Shown: positions 12,509 through 22,322 of the stretch, in pieces | How positions within the stretch are numbered: the first letter of the stretch is position 1 | Layout: the number at the start of each line of letters is the position of its first letter | Program-made: the position numbers and the translations under genes | Origin: Azolla caroliniana | Lineage: Eukaryota; Plantae; Polypodiophyta | Direction of reading: 5' to 3' | Assembly: GCA_043228905.1 (NCBI GenBank) | Contig: JBHGNT010000007.1 | Location: forward strand, 20,956,001-21,020,000 | DNA length: 64,000 nucleotides | Notes under the pieces: generated by a model | Database searches by the model: none | What the model saw: the letters and a program-made list of their open reading frames with translations, nothing else | What the model was told of the DNA's origin: nothing

Positions 12509-13360
12509 TGTCGTAGTGTAATTCGCACACTACGTGAAAATTGCTTTTTGGTCCCTCCGGACGGGTAAGGAGGACCTGGTAAGGAGAACCGGATAAAGGA
12601 GGAATCGGTAAGGAGGACCCAGTAAGGAGTACCGGATGAAGGAGGAACCGGCAAGGAGGACCGGTAAGAACCAAATCAAGCAGAACCGGCAAGAGCCCGA
12701 TAAAGAAGGCCGGTGAGAGTCTCTCACCGGATGAAGAGACAAATTTGTAAATAGAAGAAAAGATTGTTAAATGCATAGGGCAAGATTCAAACCCTGTAAC
12801 TCCATGATAATAATGTAAAGCCTTACCATTACACTAACATATCATTAGTGGTAAAAAAGTAGACATCCCACATAGAAAGGTAAGTGCACACTAGGATAAA
12901 CTTTAGTTAGAAGAAAAAGCTACACATGCACATCTAGCGTGCATGAACACTATAGTCAATAAAAACGCATCAAGTAAAAAAAAGCATGATTAACACGTTC
13001 GCGTTCACAAGTGGAAGGATCGCGCATAAATGGAAGGATAAGGAAAATTTTGGTCGATTTTAGGGCTTTTTCAATGCTTTTACAAAACACATTGATAGCA
13101 GTATCATACATGTTCAAACATACTATGAAAAAAGGTTAAAAATCCACTATTTTCGTGATTTAGAAGTAACTAAAAAAAGAGGAATTTCAAAAAGTTACAT
13201 TCTCAATTTATATCACAAACTTTACAACCAATGTTATTTTATAAGAAACGATTTTTTAGAAATCATAAGAATTCAAAACACATGCTTTTATATTACTCGA
13301 TTTGTTACAAGAGGAATGTAGTTACACTTAATAGCCAAAAATACATTCATGATCACTCCT

Positions 13361-16147
13361 TTACGGAGAATCACTACTATAACTAATATACAATGACGAT
13401 TCCTCCTCGTCATCCTCGGATGTACCAATCAATGCATTATCTTCGTCATAAACCAAATGGTTTGACTCTAGATTATATGTAGCAGATCTCGTTTGCCTTT
13501 GATTCGAGCCACCTTGTAGACCTGGTAATTTCTCTTTTATTATATATATTGTTGACTTCCTTAATCGTCCGGCTTTTGTAAGTGTGAAGTCGTACACGAT
13601 GATATCCACATCAGAGATATCAAGGGTCGAGGTGTTACAAATGTTTCGCTTCGTCTTCCTACCTCCCCTTCTTGTTGGGCATTCAATCATCTCCAATGTA
13701 TACTTACTTGTAAAAGCATTTGCAATTCTAGTGTTGTACCAATGAACGTTTATAGACTTGATCGTGCTTTCTATTTCATGCATTAGCACTTCTAGAATTT
13801 TACCAACCCAAAATTGGTGGCCATGTGAGTTCTCATCAGTCGGCGTTGCAATCAACATCCCCGTCGTGAGCTCTTGCAAATTGCCTTGCCATCTAGCTTC
13901 AGTTGCTTTTGTCATCCTTGGTTCCACATAAATGTCTCTTTGTTGTGGATAGACCAAGCTGTCATTAATCGCATTCGATGGTTGCTCCGGAGTTCTATTT
14001 ACACGATCATGTTGTAGTGACCATGTGAATGGCGTTTCCAAATTCCAATTATCACCAAATACACAATTGTCTATAATTCCTTTCTGATCACTATAAAATA
14101 CATCCCACCATGACGTGTCTTGTTGTGCGGCATATTTCTTGGTAGCCTCAATATGCTTTCTTTTTTCTTCTAACGCTTGGAGCCATAACCGTTTTTGTTC
14201 CGATACCAAGTCGCTCTGCAACTGTCCTTTCTTCTCAATTGGCATTTGCTTAGCTCCACGGACAATTGTACTCGGCATACAAAGTAATAACTAGCAACCA
14301 CCTTCAGGTTCCCATGTTGTAGAAGATGAATATTGTTTAGCATACAAAAGTGTAGAACCACTTATTTCATTTTTCTTTATCATAAAAATGTGATTGAAGC
14401 TTATATTGTTTAACTGGGAAAGCATTTCAACATTCCCAACACCCCCATTTGATATATATCTCTTAAAGTCATATACCTCCTTCAAGTGTAACACTTTTGG
14501 GTGTGGTGTATATGCATCACAAATGACATCAAATAGTTTAGGTAATGTGAAAGCATCATGTCGAGACAACTGTCTGGAGAATGTGCTAAACATCTTATCT
14601 ATATGATCATGTGTGTGGACAACCAAAAGAAAATTGACTTTCACTTTCCTAAACAATCATTGGTTGACCAACATACTTAGATAGCCAAACACAGTTGAAT
14701 TTTTGTTCTCTCTAGCAGTATTGTCCAATTGAATGTATAGAACAGGGGGGAAAGGTTGGCTCCAAGACATCAAAACTCGGTGTATCACTATAATTGTTAG
14801 GTTAGGGTCATTGTGAACATTGGGGTATGTAATGAAGACATGAGGTCCAACAGACCTATTATAAGCCAAGCATCCCACCAAGTGCATTTGAACAAGGCAC
14901 TCATCATTGCCATCTTTAGGGAGCCTCCGCATATGCGGCAAGCACGTCTTCTTCTGGTCCATGCCATCTATCATTAAGCACATGTATTGTTCGGGCCTCT
15001 TCAAACACTTCTCTCTATGATGCATCTCCTTCTTTCGTTCTAACGATTGTGCCTCATGATGCTCTTGTAGTAACTTCTTACTCATATCCTTTTCCATTCA
15101 TGTCTTTGCAGCTTTAGCCAAACTTTTAAGATTTGCACAAATGGAGCAATACCCCATGCGTACTTTATGTGGAATGATAACATTTGAAAACCGAGCTCTC
15201 CATAATCTTGTGATTTGGCTATATGTGACAGACTTATTACGTGAGCCCACGATATCAGATCGATAGACATCATAAACTTCCAGACGTGTGTAATTATCAG
15301 AAAGGTGCATCCTACCTGTAGTGGGCATTACTTCACAATTTAACTGAAAGTAACTTTTCATCCAACCAATAGCATGTTTTCCAATTGCATCTTTCATACT
15401 TGGAACCTCTTTACAATTGAGCATTTGATCCCCGCTAAGTAAATGTTGTTGTACTCTATGTAGCCGCATGTTACTAACACATAACGCAATTTTAAATGCA
15501 ACTCTACATATCTGTTGCGCATGGAAGATATAATACTCGAATGATACTTTGATCCCCGAACATTTGTCAGATACTAGTTGCATATGTGACCCGAGGTAAG
15601 TGTCTTGCTCATCACTAGTCATCGAAAAATAGTATCGCCTTAATTCTCGCAACTTTGATTTTCCAATCATAGATAGACAACCACGGGCACAACATATTTT
15701 TTTGACATCAAATCCAATCTGTTTATCTGATGTCACCAAATTAAATCTAGCCAAACGAATTCTTCGTGGGATTCTTCTAATATGCATAGGGCTTCTAGAT
15801 TTCTCTTCATGCATAGAAGTTGGTGTAACCTTGTTACTATCCAATTCTTTGTTGTGACCATCGCCCATGATATTCGATGTTTCATTGGCACTACCTTCAT
15901 TCTCTGTATCTTTATTAATATCGTATTCTTCAATAGAGAACTCTTCACATGTGTCATTATTCACATTGGTTGTAGGTGAAGATGAGCTCAGACAATACTC
16001 TTTGATAGAATATGGTGAGTTTGTCGACAGACAATATTCTTCAATAGAAAATGTTGAGTTTGTCGACAAACAATACTCTTCGGTAGAAAACGAAGACTCT
16101 GATGACAAACAATATTCTTCAATAGAGAACGGTGAATCTTTACTCAT
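13361..16147 (-). pseudogene. Sola-like DDD/E transposase, ~930 codons in one frame with three premature stops
   Basis: ORFs 15098-16147, 14657-15097, 14291-14656 and 13361-14278 share one frame. Motifs: CCARGCL, ICRVAF, CSIC, IDGMDQKK, LYIQLDNTARENKN, FLLVVHTHDHIDKMFS. The C-terminus has a Tudor/SH3-like FWVGKI...VHWY segment. The superfamily name is from memory of motifs. Confidence 0.75.
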
Positions 16148-16429
16148 GGCTTAAGGTCTAGACAGAGCTCTTTAAGTTATGTGCTTAGGCTAAGGCAAAA
16201 AACTAATAAGCTCCTCTCTAAACATAAACTCCTCTCGAAACAGAAGCTCCCTCAATATAATGTCCATATTATTTAATATTATATTAATGCAATGCATAGA
16301 AAATATTATTTTTAATATAGTAATTGTATTTAACATATTAATAATTACTTCAACTAATCTGTATGAAGTTAAATAAAGTATAATATAATTACAATCATTG
16401 CCAAGCCATATATATGTTGGATTAAAGTT

Positions 16430-16840
16430 AAAATCATTGGTTAATCAATCGCACCCATATTTAATATAGAACTTCTTAGTCATTGGTTCATTAATGCCCA
16501 TCATTTTAAATATAAGACTTTTCAATCATTGGTTCATTCATGCCCACATCTTTAATACAAAGCAATTAAGAGTCATAAAAATGTTGCGTTCAGTAATCAA
16601 TCATTGGTTCATTCATGAACCTGTATCATTGTTTCCTTCATGACCTTCAAAGTCATTGTAATTTATTTTGACTATAAAATATTCATCAATATGTTAGTTT
16701 GACTTTGTAATCATTAATGCAATCATAAGTTACTCTGGTTAATGTGACTGTGGTTACTAACTAACTAACCTCAAGCTTGCCAACCCTGGTTAAGTTGACT
16801 GTGGTTACATTAACCACAGTGGTCAATCCCTATAAATAGG
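16430..16840. promoter_or_regulatory. Probable divergent promoter region
   Basis: Four TCATTGGTT (CCAAT on minus) motifs at ~16434, 16480, 16526 and 16601; ACTGTGGTTA direct and inverted copies; TATA box CCTATAAATA at 16829-16838. Confidence 0.5.
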
Positions 16841-16973
16841 AAGACCTCGTCATATTTCACTCACACGAAACACAAAAGCACACAGAGCAAACATAGCAAA
16901 CATAGCACACAGGGCAAACAAAGCACGAAGCACGATAGCGAGATCTCTACCTAAAAATCGACAAATATCAACC

Positions 16974-19900
16974 ATGTCTTCAAAGAAAATCGAGTGCCAG
17001 GACTCCAGGACTCCAGGTAAGCCTCTGACATTGTGGACAGTTTTGTAAATATGTTTTAGCATCAGGAACTCGATACGTTGTATCGAGTTCCTGTATAAAA
17101 CACAATCAATATACATGAACTCGATACGACGTATTGAGTTCTTGTGTGATGTTTAGGTTTTATACAGGAACTCGATACGGCGTATCGAGTTCCTGTTTAA
17201 AGTTTTTGTTTTAAAGAGGAACTCGATACGGCGTATCGAGTTCCTCTCTTTTGTTTGCGTTTTAAACAGGAACTCGATACGGCATATCGAGTTCCTGTAT
17301 TATGTTTGCGTTTTAAATAGGAACTCGATACGGTGTATCGAGTTCTTGTATAATATATATGTTTTATACAAGAACTCGTTATGGTGTATCGAGTTCTCGT
17401 ATAATATATATGTTTTATATAGGAACTTGTTATGGCGTATTGAGTTCCTGTATAATATATATGTTTTATACAGGAACTCGTTATGGCGTATTGAATTCCT
17501 GTATAATGTTTATGTTTTAAATAGGAACTCGATACAACGTATCGAGTTCCTGTACACAATTTGTATTTTCTTGTATATAGTGTGCGTTTTAAACAGGAAC
17601 TCGATACGCCGTATCGAGTTCCTGTGTTATGTAACTCTTTTACAGAGGAACTCGATACAGCGTATTCAACTCCTGTATTATGTTTGTGTTTTATACATGG
17701 ACTCGATACGGCGTATCGAGTCCCTATATAAAGTTGCTTTTTTATACAGGAACTTGAAATACCGTATTGAGTTCCTGTGTAAAGTATGTGTTTAATACAC
17801 GAACTCGATACCCTGCATCGATTTCATGTACAGACACGAACTATATACAGGAACACGATACGACGTATCGAGTTCTTGTATAAAACAAGAACTGGCAAGA
17901 GGAATATTGTGTCTTTGGGGCAACAATTTAGTATTCTGTGAAAATATATCAAACTTTCTGTCAAAATCAGTCTTTTTTTAGGGTGATTTGCCTTATTTGG
18001 TAAAAAATAGGGGCCTTAATTATAGAGGTTTGATGACCTAGTATAGCTTAAAATAGTAGAAAATAACCCACAAATTACCTTTACGATACCAAATTCAAGT
18101 CTATCATATGCAAAGTCTCTACAATATGGATATGGAATCAATATAAGCCATACCTACCCTTCAAGACAATATATATCCTTGTATACTTATTAAGATATAT
18201 ATTTTCTAAGTTGAATAGCCCTTACTAGAATAGATTTCTGAATATAGGACTACCATGTACACTCAATGCATGATTGATATTTATAGTTTACCACAAATCG
18301 CCTGCTAGTTTAATTCTTCATCTAATTATTTGTATTTTAATATACAACCTTAATCTACGTGACCACCTAACTTATGTGTTCGCATGTCCTTTCTTAAATA
18401 GGTCATTTGAGAACTTGTTGGACCGACCTGTGAAGAAGATAAAGCTCCGCATACAGGGTTCTCCAATTGAAACACAGACCCTAATAGCTCTCGAGACCAT
18501 GAAGAGAGGAAAAAAGCTTCTCTTCAACGAGGAGACAAAATCTCAACCACACATTGAGGTTAGCCAAAAGAAACTAGTAGCAGCTACTAGAGGTGCAGAC
18601 CTTCCTGACCGTGATCTAACAGACAAGGAATGGTGTATGCTATACGTTGACTCCATGAAAAAAGTCGTATTGTATACAACAAAGAAGAAGGGCAAGGGGC
18701 AACTTGAAAATGAAACCCCATTTATGTATGGCCGTATTCTACGATTTGACTACAAAGATGCAGGTTCGGCCAACATACTTGTAATGATAGAGTGCTCTAA
18801 AGGGGTACGTAAAGTGTTCCTTTTTTAAGATCTTCTAGTAAAGGAATCTTGTGGGCCAAAAGCTTTCAAAAAAGATCTTGAAAGCTCACAAAACCTTATT
18901 GTTACCTTGAGGCCTTATATACAAGGCCATGTAACTCTAAGGGAGCCATTGCCCTCCCTAGTGAAGGCCACAAAAGGGGCATCTAAAGTACAATCAAGAC
19001 CACCAAAATGTCGGACTCCGACTCATCAAGTGAAAACGAAGATGAGGACACTAAGGGGACACCAGGAGCTAAGTTGGCATTGGGTGTGTTGTCATCCGAG
19101 CAGAATAAGATACGAAGAGAGTTAATGCAGCGTAAATAGGTCAGGAAAAGGGAAAGTGTTTAATTTGCTTATAACACATCCATCGGCCCCGTATTGATGA
19201 AAAAACAGGACGAAGACCACTTGAGATTAGAGAGCCACACCACATGCATGTTCAAAATCTCAAAAAAAAAATAAAAAATTAATCTTCATGCCACTGTGGT
19301 GCCTTTTATTGTTATGGCGGATCTTGAAGAATGTGAAACCATTGAAGACTTTGATATAAGAAAGCATGATCAATATAATTACGTTGTCATTGGTGGATCG
19401 CATTCAACGGAGGCACGTCGGCAACTTGTGAGAGAACATCCAACGACTTTCTTCTTCAAGTATGCCGAGTGCAAAATTTACGTGGGTCTCACAATTGAAG
19501 AGGCAAAGCTGTTGGCATGGGACCACAATAATGATAATGACTATAGGCCAAAAATGTCGTCGATTGAGCGTATAAGGTTCTTCCACCACGAGTATTTGGA
19601 GGTGAAACAAAATTTTGGTATGAAGCTACATCCATGCCTACGACGTCAATGCTTGCATGAATTCGGCATTGTGGTAGATGATAATGTTAAGTCCGATGGT
19701 CTTCGAAAATATGAGTCTTGGTTTCAACTGGCCTTTAGAGATGGAGAAGTATGGGACCTACAGGATCAAATTTTCTCAATGTGGGAGAATAAGGAGGTCA
19801 AGGGTCAACGACAAAAGAAATGTAAGGTTGACCCTCAACTAGAATTAAAGTCAGAACCGGCCAAGAAAATTGACTTGACAATTGAAGAAGCGGCTGATGA

Positions 19901-21613
19901 CATGAAGTTGTCTCTGTGGAGAGCGATGCAAGGTATTAAGGACGAGCAGCTTCTTCTGTCTGTTTTATCCAGGGTTGTGGCCAAAGATTTAAGCCTTGAA
20001 GAAATGGTCACCGAGTTCAATAAGTAAGTCTTTCAAATACTGATATTGAAGTCTATATGGTGCAATTCAAAGTTCTAATCTCGTTTTCTAATTTCACAGT
20101 CATAAGGTGTACATGAAGATCCAAGAAGTTATGATGAAACAACTTGGATGTATAACTTGGGAACAAGTGACCGAGGATTATCCTCTAACTTCTTCATATA
20201 ACGCGTTACCGGAGTATTTTATTGCATTCAAGGATTGGGTTAGTATTGGTGGTTTTTCATTACGCTTTCATCATATGTAGAGCTTGTTTAATAAAACTTG
20301 ATGTCCTATTGCTTCTATTAGAAACCATGTCGTGGCAAGAAACAAGGAGAAGTTAAAGATATAGATGATTTCCCAGCATCCTTCCTTGCACATCTCGAGA
20401 GAGCTAGACAAGAAAAGGATCGTCGCTTAGTCTTGGCATACGAAATGGAGGAAGATGGCTCCTTTAAAAAATTTAGCCATAAAAAAGATATTATGAGAGA
20501 TCTTTACTACAATGTGATTTGCGGCGATGTCGTTGACATGATCCAAAAAGTGCCAAAGAAGGAATATACGCTAATGATTGTGGATATTCCCTACAGATTT
20601 TGAATGGTTGGGTCATCATACGACGATGAACCGTTTAGGTTTAAACAGTTGGAGAAGATGGTCAAGGATTTTGCGGACCTAACGACTGCATCCTTGTGGA
20701 GAATAGTTGTCTTTCATAGTATGGACCAAGGGTACTCGGTAGTTCAAGCTTTGAGATCTCGTTGCCATGACATCAAGAACCTTGCATATTAAGGATTATT
20801 TATAGCTCTCATTCACTATATTGCATTTCTTAAGATTGTTCAGTCTATTCTTAACTCGATGTATTATTTTTTATAGAATAAAAACCAATGTAAATAGAGG
20901 GCCAACCTTTTGGTTCGTTAATGCCATTGAATACATCACGGTTGACTACTTAGATGAAATTAAGAAACAAAGAATCAAGGAGCATTCTAATGAAGTGGGA
21001 GGTTCAAATCTACTGGTATATCCAACTGTGACACGGAAATTGCGACATGTCACCACGATAGAACGAGGACTTGTCAACCCATACCAAAAACCTCAACGAC
21101 TTATGATGCGCTTGATCGAGATGTTTTCTATCGAAGGAGACTGGATATTAGATCTCTTTTCTAGCACATGTATTCCTCCAACTAGGGTAACGATCTTGAG
21201 ATAACCAATACCAAATCTTTTTTGTTTGAGAACTAATTCTTCTTGTTACTTTCTTCACAGGAACGACGTTTGCATGTGCATTGAAGCTCTTTAGAAACAC
21301 AGTTGCATTGGAGAAGGACGAGGAGCAGGTTATATTTATAAACATGAGGATTAAGGCTTTGTGGGAGTGCCCAGACCAGGACGACGAGGTCGGTGCAAAG
21401 AACCTCACTGATACAAAAAGGTTTCAACCTGCTTCGCGAGAGCCTATTCCTCCGTTAGTCGGGGAACCGGGGGAGCTAATAGAGCTTGATGATGAGCTTA
21501 TAGAAGATATTTCGTTGGCTCGGCTAACAGGGGAAGCCAATGCACGTATAGCCGAAGAGACTTTTACACATGATGATGAAGAAAATGACATTCATGAATT
21601 GATTGCTATGTAA
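16974..21613 (+). pseudogene. Spliced gene: ParB/Sulfiredoxin-like domain fused to a beta-class N6-adenine/N4-cytosine DNA methyltransferase; disabled
   Basis: Exons ~16974-17016 (tentative), 18402-20023, 20100-20238, 20322-~20788, 20877-21169, 21261-21613. ParB-like LEIREPHHMHVQNLKKK...YVVIGGSHSTEARRQL. MTase motifs ICGD, MIVDIPY (20583-20594), NPYQKP, EGDWILDLFSST-(G)TT, RNTVALEKD. Stops at 18826, 20601 and across the last splice junction, plus frameshifts. Confidence 0.85.
17063..17880. repeat. Array of 16 palindromes, CAGGAACTCGATAC-NNN-GTATCGAGTTCCTG, period ~51 bp
   Basis: Copies start near 17063, 17117, 17165, 17217, 17267, 17319, 17371, 17421, 17471, 17523, 17594, 17646, 17699, 17747, 17800 and 17848, with ~20-bp AT-rich linkers. 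Confidence 0.95.
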
Positions 21614-22043
21614 TAGACTCTATGAAGAAAAGGACATTGACGATTTGTTTGGATTTCACATTATTAATACAAATTTTGGGTTTTACTTGGTGGATTCTAT
21701 TCTTTATAATCTTCTATATGTTTCAATTTTATTTTTATATACTTGGTTAGTAGACTTATGACATTGGTCTCACCGCGTGCATAGCTGATTACCAAATTTA
21801 TGGAGAAACATGAATTAGTTTAAATTGAGGTTGATTTTGGTCCAAGTTTAACTTAACATAACATGGTCGTAGAATTGTTTCCATGACTGTCCATGTTGTT
21901 ATTATGGATCTTTGTCTTCTATTGTTAAAACTATTATGTTTCTATTCCATTGTTGCTCAGATTGTGTAGTGTGTTGATAATGGTTCCACTAGCGTTATCC
22001 GCATGTTTTTATACGCTTGTAGTTCCACTAGCGTTATCGTTCG

Positions 22044-22322
22044 GAGTTTGATCCTGTGTGAATCACCTAAACAATAGAGTAGATCAATTTTAAATACAAG
22101 TATGAAAGCCTTAATAGGTTTGTTATTTCCATCACATTATCCTAAAGCTCATTGTCTTACATTGTCTACAATTATATACATATGGTTTGATCCCATACGA
22201 ACAAACTGAGGAATAGATTAGATCAACTTTACATACAAGTATTGAATAATTTAATAAGTTAGTTATTCCAATCACATTATCCTAAAGTGCACTATCTTAC
22301 ATTGTCCACAATTATATACATG
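22044..22322. repeat. Two diverged ~139-bp tandem units
   Basis: GTTTGATCC...TAGATCAA...ATACAAGTAT...ATCACATTATCCTAAAG...CTTACATTGTC.ACAATTATATACAT occurs twice. Confidence 0.75.

Noticed and set aside
12528-12545. CACTA transposon terminus (CACTACGTGAAAA)
   Set aside because: It is part of the LTR start repeated at ~22988 and ~24504; there is no matching distal end or 3-bp TSD, and the transposase lacks recognisable TnpD motifs.
17063-17880. CRISPR array (palindromic ~31-bp repeats with spacers)
   Set aside because: Linkers are only ~20 bp and resemble each other, the repeats are degenerate, no cas genes are present, and the context is eukaryotic.
16974-21613. Bacterial or phage contamination explaining the ParB-MTase gene
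   Set aside because: The gene has phase-consistent spliceosomal introns and is nested inside a plant LINE with intact TSDs.
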